A model generated the notes under the pieces. That model worked only from the letters and a program-made list of their open reading frames with translations, had not been told where the DNA came from and did no database searches. The translations under genes were made by a program, and so were the position numbers. DNA of 64,000 nt from Tubulanus polymorphus (Eukaryota; Animalia; Nemertea): assembly GCF_964204645.1 (NCBI RefSeq), contig NC_134026.1, positions 13,886,050-13,950,049 on the forward strand. Direction: 5' to 3'. Of the stretch, positions 24,540 to 36,303 are shown in pieces (the stretch's first letter is position 1; every line of letters starts with the position of its first letter).

Positions 24540-26799
24540 GGTAAGCGATTTTTTCTACCGGCCACAGTTAGATTTCGCTCTGCGCATGTTCTGAATATAC
24601 CGGAAGTAAACAAACCGTGACGTACGCGGAAGTAAAGTTCAACACATGTAAGTCGCAATTGAAATTAATTCTTTTTCTCTCTATCTTCTACATGAAATAC
24701 GTGTGCCACAAATGATGTTTTTTCATGTCCAATGTATTTTGGACAAAAAGGAAGATCCAATACTCAGAACAGTAGTTGCCAAATCTGGTAGTCATCTCTT
24801 GACCGATGAGGGATTGCGGTCCTTGAAATTAAATTCCTATGTTATTACTAGTGAGTAAGTAGTGTGTTGTTTCGGAAGATCTTAAAACTCTTGTTTGTAT
24901 TAATTAGTATCTCATACAGTTCTAGACAACATGTATTGTTACTGGATAATAAATCATCCCATGCGCATTTTTTCATTGAACTTCATATCAATATCTTTTG
25001 CTCTTTATTCAGGTGATAAACATGGCCCTAGCCCTTAAAGCTGAAAAAAGTATGTATGACTGTACGGTTATTGATTCTTATATAATAACCCCGATTGTCG
25101 CAGGAAACAAATCACGATACAAATATAGTCTATTCAAGAAAGTATGAAGTACTTTGATAACTTTTCTCGTTTTTCATTTACTTTTGAGACTCCTCATAAA
25201 ATCTATTTGATTACTAGATAAATTTTGAAAACAAATATATGATCATTGGCGGCTACAACAAGGATAGTAATCATTGGGTTCTGGTTGTATGTAGAATTAT
25301 AATTATTTGATAATTTCGGTATTTATTTGTCAAATATTAAGTATTTAGAAATAATGCATTTTTTTATTCATATCAGATGATCAAGCCCAAAAACTATGAA
25401 ATCGTCTACCTTGATCCGTTTGGAGCATCTGATTTTAAAAAAGCTCAAGCACTGAAGAATATTAAGTAAGAAATCATTATGAAAACTGCGTTATTCTCTA
25501 TCGATGTCAATGTATTATGTATAATTTCCAAACTATTTCTCATCTCAATGTAAGGTCCTACTTGACTTACTGAGCCACAGCCCTTGGTAGACATGACATT
25601 GATGATATTGAATGGTCCATAATCGAACCGCCTCACCAGAAACAACTTGATGGGCATAGTTGTGGCGTGCTGACTACTTTGGTAGGATTGATTTGTTTAA
25701 TTTCAATATTATTGATTATTGTTTAACAAATTTCATTCAATTACATATGTGTATTCAACAGTATGCTGGCAGTGTTCTTCAAGGTACTGACACGACCCAT
25801 ATTTCAACCAAATGCAAATTCACATCGTTGGACATCAGCCACTGTTAATGAATCAGGTAGGCCCTCGACCTTATAGTTATTAAATTCAAAGTTCATTATA
25901 ATGCAATCCTTTTTAATTTTAATGCCAGTGCTCGCTACATGCCATTTCAGAGAACCAAATTGCCCAATCTAACTTAAATTTGATGAAAGTTCCAGTCTTT
26001 ATAATGCCAATTTTGTTATTATGCCATGTTTTCCATTTGCCGCAACAGTGTACTAATACTGTATAGGCTTACACAAACTGATTGGCTATCTTTCTCCTTT
26101 TATCCTAGATGATATAAGTAACATATGCCATGTCTGTGGAAATGAAAATGGCAAGTCTTCTGATTGGGTAAGTATAACTTGAATAGATTTAGGTGAGATA
26201 AATTAAAAAGACCAAAAGAATATACAATGTAACAAGGGAATTATGGCTAGTAATTGCAGGGAGGGTCAAAGTCATGTTTTATGCTTTGATTGTTAAGACA
26301 GAAGCACTCATATATAAATGAACATTAATCAATATCAATATACAGTTCTGTTATTTCTTTTCTAGGAGGAATGCAACTATTGCTATCGATTGTACCATGT
26401 GGTGTATCTACCTCATACTTTAAACCGAAAGATAATTCTAAATTTTGATTGGAAATGTATTTTCTGCAAGCAGTACTGTACTAAGTAAAGAAATAAACAC
26501 TTAAATTCATGATAAGAAATAAACACAGTAAATTCATTCTATATGCTGAATTCCATTTTATTTTTGTCTCAATATTTACAACCTGTCATAGAAGGAAACG
26601 GATCGGAAATCTTTTCAGATTTTAACTTTAAAATTTCGATTTATCATCGCAGAATAACGTATACCTATTGACACTGTAATTGACTTTTGACTAGCCATGT
26701 GCTTTACTTCCGCGTACGTCACGGTTTGTTTACTTCCGGTATATTCAGAACATGCGCAGTGCGAAACCTAACTGTGGCCGGTAGAAAAAATCGCTTACC
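24540..26799 (+). mobile_element. Non-autonomous Mutator-like element (Pack-MULE-like) carrying a Ulp1+PHD gene
   Basis: 98-bp TIRs (24540-24637 and 26702-26799, 2 mismatches) starting GGTAAGCG; 9-bp TSD GTGTTGTGG/ATGTTGTGG; no transposase inside. Confidence 0.88.
24712..26488 (+). pseudogene. Spliced Ulp1/SENP-like (peptidase C48) protease fused to a C-terminal PHD finger, at least 8 exons, lightly disabled
   Basis: GT-AG exons at about 24712-24854, 25013-25141, 25218-25286, 25377-25465, 25555-25681, 25762-25856, 26109-26167 and 26366-26488. They give ..SE-VINMAL..NHWVLV..YLDPFG..QLDGHSCGV..ICHVCG..DWEECNYCYRLYH..WKCIFC*. One TGA (25571), a frameshift in the 25762 exon and an imperfect first donor. 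AATAAA follows the stop. Confidence 0.85.
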
Positions 26800-28919
26800 A
26801 TGTTGTGGAGCACATCACTTGTGTGAATAACACATGAGCACATGTCATGTGTGATTGTGAATATATTTTGTCATAAAATGCATCTTTGGAATAAGAATAG
26901 TTACATGACTCTTCTCATTACAAGACATATTTTCAAAACAGAATAACATTGTTAATGGATGGTTCGATCACTACCAGGCCGTAACGTACAAAAACCAAGT
27001 ACAAGTGTCCATTCAACCATTGAAAGTCTATAGAGTTTAGATTTTCATTTGGCTTAATTCATAAAAAGGTTATTATATGTTTTTGCATTCGCTGTTGAGT
27101 TTATAAAAATATAAATAATCAAAAAAGACTTTAAAAAATATCAGGTATTTACAGGATTCGAACCACTACGGTTAGCAAAGGACTAGAAGTAAGCATACAG
27201 GCACACATGCAAACATTTACCGTTTTAATCAATTTTCATGCTTTATTTCTAAGTTAGAACAGTCTGTCTGCTATTTGAATTAAAGTTCCAAGGCGAGTAT
27301 CATTGCGTTTCATCAAATATTTATAGTCGACGATATAAATTGAATGTACTGTAATCGGTAAAATCTGTGGCGTGTACCAAATCAATTAAATCAAATTCAT
27401 CCAAACTTTATTTCATTTATGATTGATGCATTGCAAAGTATTTCATGATTGATGCATTGCAAAGTACAACATGTCCATTCCTAGCTTTTTCATAGGTTAA
27501 ATAATTAGAGTAGGCCTAGATTACACAATGAACTCTTTTTAAATCACTATCTGTCCAGCCTTGAAAGGGGCTTATCTGCATACTATTACTAATGATTTCT
27601 TAAAATTTTGCAGATGAAACTCACAAGGATACTGAGGCAAACCATGGGTGCCATGATTCTGATAATTATGATGATGTACTGAATGATCAGGTACTGTGGT
27701 ATTGCACAGTATTTGCGTATTATTTCTTCATTTATGTCATGACTTATAAAATTAAATTTTCCAATAACAATATAGGCACTCAGTACATTTCCTCAAGTCG
27801 TGATTTTTGTTTATGAAACGTATAATTTCACCCAGGACAGATTACTGAAAAAGAGGTTTCGAATGCTGTTTGTGGTAAGTGATAATTGAAAACAGTTATG
27901 AGCTAGTGTTACGATAATCCCATTTATTTTCGTCATGTTTCACTTATCAAATTGTACCTTTTTTCACCAGATGATTGACATTAGGGATGGTCATTCCATT
28001 TCCCCTTTAAAAAGTTTATTTTTTACGCCGCGCAGGGGACAATCAAAGAGTTTGTATGAAACATCATGTCTGAAGAAAGAGATTTTTACCATTATGGATG
28101 TGTAGTTATACTTCAAAACTAGATGAATCATTGAACACATCCCACACAATAAATCGTTATATCATACGCCGTGAGTATCAGTATTCGCGCTAGAAATGAT
28201 GAATATGAACCTCTTCAATTGTGCCGCCATTTTACTTAGCACCTGCTGATCGACCTCATTTACATATTCAATGAATGCTATGACGTCATTCAAGCCAGTT
28301 CAACACAAATTATACATAACCGAGATTTTGGGGGGTTTCGTCTTTGAAAGCCCCATAACTACCGAAAAAAGCTTCGGATCTTGACGAGATAAAGTTCTTC
28401 CGACACAAATAGCATTGAATTTCACATGTGTTATTTTGGACAGTTAAAGATGCTGCATAAAAAATGTGCTCAAATAAATCGAATTTTTGAGACTTTTTGG
28501 TTAATTTCTCAAAAAATATGAAACCCACAGCTTTCAACTTTGCGCACCATAACGAAAAACAAATTACGAAATATATTTTTGCTTCATCCGTTCAATTCGC
28601 CCATTAGTAGTAAAATAAACAGACTAATGAAATTGAGTTCGAGTGTGCTTAAAGCTTTGAGCTTTGAGCGTAGTGCTGGTGGGCCCTTTGGGAATACAAA
28701 TATATATATGAAAGATCAAGGTGATTAGTAGCCTAATAATTGCCCCTACTGAACAACCCACTCCCTCTGGAATATAGGTAGCCAAGTACATATTTTGACT
28801 ATGTTGCATTAGGCCTATGCCAGTCAACCCAGCTTTTTTGACATATATATATATATATACACACAGTTAAACTCACTTAATTCGTCGTCGGTTAATTTGT
28901 ATAACTACCTAATTCTTCT

Positions 28920-29748
28920 AACACGAGCCCCAAGGGGCACCATGGCAAGCCTGTCAACTTTTCATAAAATAGCAAATGATGCATTCTGTGGGTTTTGTCC
29001 AAATAAACTCCCAGCGATAGACTAGTCAATCCCAGGCAAATAATTTACACAATTCAATCGTGTTTTCATAAGTAGCACAGACAGCGACTGGAGCTGACAG
29101 GAACAAATACCTTAGATAAATCTCTTCCCTTGGTCTTATTGATTTGAATGCGGAATAGAATTGAATTTTCTGAAATTTGCTCAATAAAACAACATTAAAT
29201 TGGATTTGCTGTTTAACCTTGTTCAATAAAGTAGATTTTTTGCAGAATGAAATTTGATTGAATTTGCGGTTTGAGCAAATGGCTAATTAACATATCAAGG
29301 TCGTCCATGCATTTCGTGAAAAAGTTATTCTTTCTGGACTTTGCATAATTGTCAATGATATTTTCAGTACTGCAAAAATAAAAATGTTCCTCCCAAAAAC
29401 CAAATTCTAAAAACTTCACAGAAATCAATCTTGAAATACAATTTTAAATCTTAAAATAATACCCCGAAATTAAACAGTATACGATACCACGGGTTCACGT
29501 GAACACCTGCTGATTTCTGCAGCTAAGCTAATCATAAAGGAGTCTTTGCTTTCTGATATTTTTGCGTTCAGATTTTCGCGAAAAAGCTCTTATCAATTTT
29601 AACGAGGCCCATTTTCAAAATTCAGCTCACTACAATTTGGCGAATGGATAATGCTTCAATGAATGATATGTATGAATATATGCTAAGTTGCAGTCACAAG
29701 GGCCTTAGCTCTGGAAACCATGAAATTAAAATTTGCTCCCATTGTATG
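28920..29748 (-). mobile_element. HINE-like element, family C
   Basis: Starts AACACGAGCCCCAAGGGGCAC (hairpin). Colinear with 54496-55293. Abuts HINE-B at 29749. Confidence 0.7.
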
Positions 29749-31497
29749 AATAAATTGCCCATGGGCAAAGTGCAGTTTACCTTGAAAAAGCTAGAGGTTG
29801 TTTGGATCAAGGGCTTTACTGCCTTTACTGCATTACTTTTAATCTTTTTAATTCATGACTTCAAAGTTCTATAAGTTTATATTGTATTTTAACTTTCTCA
29901 AAGAATTATTTTGTAGTCAAATAAGACCAAAGATATACATTGTTTACGGTCCACGCACAACATTTAGTAGGGTACAAATAGGCGCGGCAGGGAAACTATC
30001 CAATATTTTGAAAAAGTATTTTTCACAATATGAATAATTCTAGAACAAAATTCATATGATGTCAGCAATCGGAGGATGGCTGAATATTGAGTCTTGGAAA
30101 TCTCTTCCAATGTATGGCTGTGGAAGATAAAATACCGGTACCGTAAAATATCGGCGTATGCAAGTAGATCGATAAAAATCCTGGATTCTACCACTAAAAT
30201 ATTCAGACCTAGAACTAGTTGGCTGCTAAGTATTTTCAGGTCACAAGAAATTACAATTTGCTACAAATCAAACACAGCGCTCATCTTCTGCTATAAAAGT
30301 TTAAAAGATTATTCATAAGGCCATCCCAAAATAATGGTCTGTTTATTTGCATTAACCTGACCGACCCGACTTCAAAGGTGCCGAGTGAAAACTTTTTTCT
30401 GGGATTTATTGAAATAAATTTTATTCTTTATTAAAACGGCAGACCCACTACGGATGCATGAACTACGTATGTTTGAAGTGTGAAAACATGCCTTGACATG
30501 TAGCCTAGTTTAAATTTTTCAGGAAACTGGCAGTGTTCCAATAAGCTCCCACTCATTCTTAATGACTACATTTAAGCTGGTAATGTAGCGCGCATATATT
30601 CAATGTACTATTTCATTTTGAACACAGAGATGACGCTCTGGACGAAGTTATAATTTTAGAATTATTCTTCGAATCTAGGCTTAACACAAATTTCCCGTGC
30701 ACGACGAGATTCGTGATATTGTTTCCATGTAAGAAAAGGTGATAAATTCTTTTTTTTTTTACCAAAAATTTTACAAAAAAAAATTTCTACCTTCCTACCG
30801 ATTCATCCTGAAAACTTGAGTCGGTGTTACGGCAAACAGACAATTATTTTGGGATGGCTTAAAGCGTATTTTCATGTCAAACGTGCACGCGCCAGAAAGC
30901 AGTGTTATTACAGTAGCACTATATATAGTAGTGTATACTGTACAATTGTGTGTGTAACAGTCTAATGCACTCTGCGCGCACGTGGAGGCCTTATCTGTAA
31001 GTGAATGTTCTCTTACACTTCAATGACAATCATAACCATCCCCGGGGATTAAAATGAAACAATACCTATGGCGGATATGTGAAATAATTATATTCTCACC
31101 AGCAATGAGCATTTGGAATTCGCACTTTTACGGCACCTAGTCCAATCAAACGTTCGCCATTCATAGCTTTCCCATGGTTATTTTAGTAGCGCCAGAATTC
31201 CCCGTGTATCCCAGAAACAGCCAATCACATTCGATACTAGAGACGACACCCCCAAATAAAGGTCATTGCAATTTAATACACAAGAGCTAAGAATTTTCCC
31301 GCCAAAAACAGTTTTTGTAGAATTTTAACAAAGTTGACCATGTCATCGATGGAGGTTCGCCATGTATTCAATCGCATCGATTATATGTCGTTTAGGCCGA
31401 CAACCAATAAAACATATGCTCACACAAAAAATGTACTACGATTTTACATGAATTGGCTCAATGCCAACTTCATATCGCTGACAAAGGTAAATAAAAA
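29749..31497 (-). mobile_element. HINE family B, copy 2
   Basis: Same termini and body as 1251-2704. Confidence 0.75.
30319..30859. mobile_element. Harbinger-like MITE (same family as 1540-1829), opposite orientation, different site
   Basis: TAA|GGCCATCCCAAAATAATGGTCTGTTT ... AAACAGACAATTATTTTGGGATGGCT|TAA. Confidence 0.8.
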
Positions 31498-31700
31498 TAC
31501 AAGAGGCTCACGGGCCTTATACCTTCATGACGCAGTAGAAGAAGAATGATCTAGTTTTCAATGTTTTACAGAAAGTTACATTGTAGCGATGTAACAAGTT
31601 TCAAAATAGTTAATATGGTATCAAACCTGCTTACCCATAAAATTTCAACATCAGTAGTATTACATATTTATCTCAGTAAAACTAAGCTCACATGAGTAGT
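31498..31700 (-). mobile_element. HINE-like family F, end fragment
   Basis: ACAAGAGGCTCACGGGCCTT hairpin plus subTIR ACCTTCATGACG. Homolog at 47733-47860. The complementary end CGTCATGAAGGTAAAA is at 12662-12677. Confidence 0.55.
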
Positions 31701-31894
31701 TTTAATGAATGTCCGTCAGTAGCTTCCGATTAAGCAACAGTAGTTTTATGCCATAAAATCAGTACTTTCCTTTAGAGTATCATTAGTATCAGAAAACAGA
31801 ATTAATCAAAAAAATAAAATTGAATGTTGTTTACTTTTTAAATTTTTCATTGCTCTTCCTGCCAATGAGTTCCAAAATCTGAGGATCGGAGGGT

Positions 31895-33678
31895 AACAAG
31901 CGGCCCATGGGCCTTGAAGCATTTACAGAAGATTATACTGTGGTAAGGTATTAAGTGGTTAATGCTTTACATCTGCCGGAAAATGTTCTATGACGATGTT
32001 GATTGGGAGGACCACAGACTAAGAATTGAAATGAATTTCATTTTTCTGCTGAACGATTTAGCCTATACTATTTGTATTGTTTAACCTTGTTAATGCTATT
32101 TTGTTAAGGAGGAAACTAGTTTATTCTGATGTTTTCCATCATGTCCCAGCTAAGAGATTTATATCAATCAAGATTTATATACTAAAACCCATTTATTTAA
32201 TACAACAATTTCGGCACTAGTTTCGTCTACACAATATTCGTATTTAACATACAACTGTAAGGGTAATCTCGACTGACTGTGGTTTTCCTTGCATGAACTG
32301 TTATGCCCTATTGCTGAATAATGAAAACGAAAACAGAACGATTTTTCTGAATGCAAAATACTCTGTTGCATAATAGTTATAGATCAAGCGGACTAATGTA
32401 CGCATCAAAACGTCGCACAGAGAGCAATGCCGGCATTGGTGTCACTATTGAGGCAGGCTGATGATTGCTTGTTTGACTGTTTTTGATTGTTTACGTCGTT
32501 CGGACCTTAGTTTTTAACCCTATTGTTTTGTTCATTTAACCTCACGACTGGACGGCCTTTGAAGTGTTGCCTGCACACAAGTGTTGTAAGCAGTCAGCAG
32601 GACTCGAACCCACTTGTCACTCAGCACAGATAGTGCATGCAACAGCATCACGCCTTACCTCACTGAGCTACCGAAGCCGCTGGATTGAATTCCGAAAAGA
32701 ACTACAGTAGCGGCAAATAACCATCGCATATTGCAATTCACGACAAACAATGTTGAAATTTAATCACTGTTATGGTGTTCAATGCGTGGAAAAGATAAAA
32801 GTTTTTTTTCCAGCGTGCATTTCAAAGCGAATCTATCTGCTGAGTGGCTGCTACCGCCTGGTGAGTGCGCCGGAGGCGGGTTGGGCATCTTAAAGTGAAA
32901 ACTTATTGTAGAATATAGCTGAACCGATGGAATTTTACAATAAACTGTCAGTCAACTGATTGATGATACAACATGGTCGTTCTCGGCATACTTTAACAAT
33001 GATATACCCCCTATAAACAACTATGGTAAAATTGAATAAAATTATCCGTCTTCATTGGTGGAATCATATCATGGTGTTAGCCTACCGTTTACCATTTAAT
33101 GTTTCGTGACATCATGAAATGGTTTTAACTTTTGTAAAGGCGTTCCCGCACAATCACATAATTTACCTGTACAGGCTTCAGTCAAGAGAAGGCCTGTTGT
33201 ACCACTGCTCTAGAATTACGTATTCTGACGCCGAAAATTAATCCCAATTAATCCGATGAATACTGATAGTTGGAATAACAGTGATATTAAAACACTATGA
33301 TATTTATAAATCGGAGGTACATAATTTCATGTTTTTCTATTCAGAAGAGGCCATTCCCCATTCTTTACTGCCAATGTCAATGCGGACATATCACTAGCCG
33401 ATTGCATAACCCCCTCTCATCCACCAGATAACTAATGAGAAAAATGCGATAGAATAACTTTTTTGGCCATTAAATCAGAAATCTGGCAATGCAATCTTGT
33501 TGGGAATAATTGAAAAATTATTTTGAGTCATTTTCAGCTCTGTCTTCTGTTTTACGGGAACGTAGTTACAATTTGAAGTAACTATGAAAATGAGAAGTCA
33601 GTGCTTTTTTCGACTACGACTTTCGATCCATTCTACTAGCAATGGCATGAGGTCATAGACATCAACCAATGCTAAAAA
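31895..33678 (-). mobile_element. HINE family D, copy 2 (with embedded tRNA-SINE 32463-32680)
   Basis: Colinear with 4071-5760; ends CCAATGCTAAAAA. Confidence 0.75.
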
Positions 33679-34555
33679 CCTCAATTAACCCAGACATAAT
33701 GTTCAAAATGTAGCATTAATTTAGCAATATCGATCTTTTCCCAGGAGTGAATCTACTAAGTATTATGGAAAAGGTATCAATCAGGCAGGTGCTGCCACTA
33801 TCGGGTGATGAAAGGTTGAGTAGTGGGTTTTCCCCAAGGGTGAAAATGTCTATTAATAAAGTCAGGAAAATAATCGTTTCATAAGAAAATACAAAAAAAC
33901 AATTTCATTTTCATTTTTATTTCGCCTTCCAACATTAAACCTACCTTCAAAATAAAAAAGCCTGGCCACACGAAATACAGTAAAAACCACATATAAGTCA
34001 ATGAGTCTTTAACCCCAGGTTTTACCAGCTGAAGAAATATTTATCACGACGTTTATTCATACTTGTCTACTACTTAGTATTTTTCAGGAAACGATAAAAT
34101 ATTCATTGAAAGTTTATTTATTATAAAAACTTTTCATTCAAACACGGTATGAAAACGTAATTATAACGTACACGCATATGTGAGCATTGGTATGCTGTCA
34201 CGAGTGACTGTGTGTATATAGTGTGTGTAAAGAGATTATATTGATCATACACAGTAGCAATGCAGTGAAAGAAGAGATGGACGCACGTGTATGCCACTGC
34301 CATATATTCAATACTCTGACCCGATTTGCGAGCAGTAGAAGAAAACAAACCCGTACTCCCGCTTTTGAAAGTTCATAACCGTTTTCACAGATGTGATGAT
34401 ATACTTTAGCCGTATTTTCATACAGGAAGATAAAACAAATCCGTATTTTGAAAAGAACATATGAAAAACCATAGTTTATATGGACCATCCGTACTTCCGT
34501 ATTTAGCTATTAAAATCTGTACCAAATACGGAAATACCATGGGGATTAGCAGGTC

Positions 34556-35115
34556 TGCCCTGGTGAACATAGGCTAAGCCCAATGACCGCGAATCTCACT
34601 TCATTCATAGAACATGTTATGAGCTACAACAGTGCAATTGATCATGGTAACAAAATAGGTCTAGGTACCAATATAATAAGGAAATACTAAGCTATTTTAC
34701 TTTTCAACGCCCCCTGGTGACTACATGGAGTAACAAATGACCTTGAAACCCACCACAATCATTGAACAAGTCATGAGCTACAACTTTTCAATTGATTGTG
34801 GTAACAAAATATGCATAGGTACAAATATAATATAGAAATACTAAGTTATTGCATGTTCAATGCCCCCTGGTGGCCATATATAAAAACTAATGAAAAAAAC
34901 TAATGATCTCATAGAACACGTTATGAGCTACAACTTTCCAATTGATTGTGGTAACAAAATATGCTTAGGTATCAATATAATGTGGAAATACTTTTTTCCA
35001 CCTACGAATGAGTACTGATGACACCAAGATGGCCGCCAACTGCATCATTAATGGCTGATCAAAAATACCTGTCTCAGGTATAAAAGAACTTCAAAGAATA
35101 CCCATCACAAATTGC
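34556..35115 (-). repeat. HINE family A internal tandem repeat (about 152-bp unit, about 3 copies) plus adjacent body
   Basis: A (G)CCCCTGGTG-type motif recurs near 34557, 34709 and 34862. The same unit is at 60750-60891 and 62633-62735. Confidence 0.75.
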
Positions 35116-35169
35116 AAATATAGCTGCAAAGCAGAGATAACGGGTTTTCTGCACAGTCTTAGAATCCTG

Positions 35170-35410
35170 TTCAACGGTGGATTTCGACAAAGCATTTAAT
35201 AAGGCACAACATCAGCCATTACTAAACAGGCTATTAGGAAACAGTATCAATGATAGGTCACTCAAATGGCTCAGCAGTTATCTCTGAACGAAAACTTGTA
35301 GCCCAAATCAACGGAACGCCTCATCTTGGAATAAGTCAGTCTTACTAGTGGAGTCACGCTAGGTAGTATCCTAAGTCGTCTTCTGTTAAATGTCCTGACA
35401 AATGACATAC
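35170..35410 (+). pseudogene. CR1/L2-type LINE reverse transcriptase fragment
   Basis: VDFDKAFNKAQHQPLL..LKWLSSYL..TSGVTLGSILSRLLLNVLTNDI (degenerate DFxKAFD and GVPQGSxLGP motifs). Confidence 0.7.
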
Positions 35411-35464
35411 ACAGTAATCCAAAATATACCAGACCAAGTAAATTTCCAAAACGACCTTAACACG

Positions 35465-35945
35465 CCGTTCGACCAAGAAACTTAATGTTCCGACAAGAAA
35501 ATCTTGTTTCAATGAAAACAATTCTGTTCGATTGAACGAAATACTTAATACTTTTGGTTCGGAGAAAAAACTTTTTACAACGTACTTGTTCGAACGAAAA
35601 ACTTAAGTGTTCTGACAAGAAAATTCTGTTCAAATTAAAACGATTCTGTTCGATTGAACGGTTGTTCGAACGAAAAACCTTTCGTTTGGAGAAAAAACTT
35701 TTTACAATATACTTGTTAGAACGAAAAACTTAATGTTCTGACAAGAAAATTCTGTTCAAATTAAAATGATTCTGTTTCGATCGAACGATTGTTCGAACGA
35801 AAAACCTTTCGATTGGACAAAAAAACTTTGTTCTAATGATTTTTTCAAATTGGTTCATTCGAACAGAATATTATTGGTTCGAACGAAATAAATTTTGTTC
35901 CGAGGAAAGAATTTTCAAGTGAAAGGTCTTTTGAACGAAAAAAAA
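35465..35945. repeat. Tandem repeat of about 126-bp units rich in GTTCGAACGAAAA
   Basis: AACTTTTTACAA recurs near 35569 and 35696, and AAAAACTTTG near 35821. GTTCG(A)ACGAAA motifs throughout. Confidence 0.7.
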
Positions 35946-35975
35946 AGATATTTCTGGGGCTCGGCAGTAACTTAA

Positions 35976-36303
35976 AGCCGGACGTAGTTCGGCCTTCAGA
36001 CGCGATGCGATCCTCGCATTGCATCCAATGTTTCGGTGCAAGTCGGTTGCGATACGATTGTCAGCGACTGTGTGCGACTAGTTTCAGCCTGTTGCAAGAG
36101 CACGTAGGTCAGTTGTGACAGTCGTGTCGTGTCGCAGAAAGTAGAACACGTGCGACTCATTGTGACTGGCGTTGCTGACAGTCGCAACCCGTCGCAAGGG
36201 AGCGTAGGTCGATGAGTCGTTGCGACACAATCGTCGCTGACGGTCGCAGTGAATGGCATTGCAGTGAGTCACAAGCCTTTGCAAGGCCGACCTACGCCCG
36301 GCT
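35976..36303. mobile_element. Harbinger-like fold-back MITE
   Basis: TAA|AGCCGGACGTAGTTCGGCCTT ... AAGGCCGACCTACGCCCGGCT|TAA. Second copy at 55941-56277. Confidence 0.8.

Noticed and set aside
27150-27166. Isolated B-box-like CAGGATTCGAACC
   Set aside because: No A box or SINE body could be supported.
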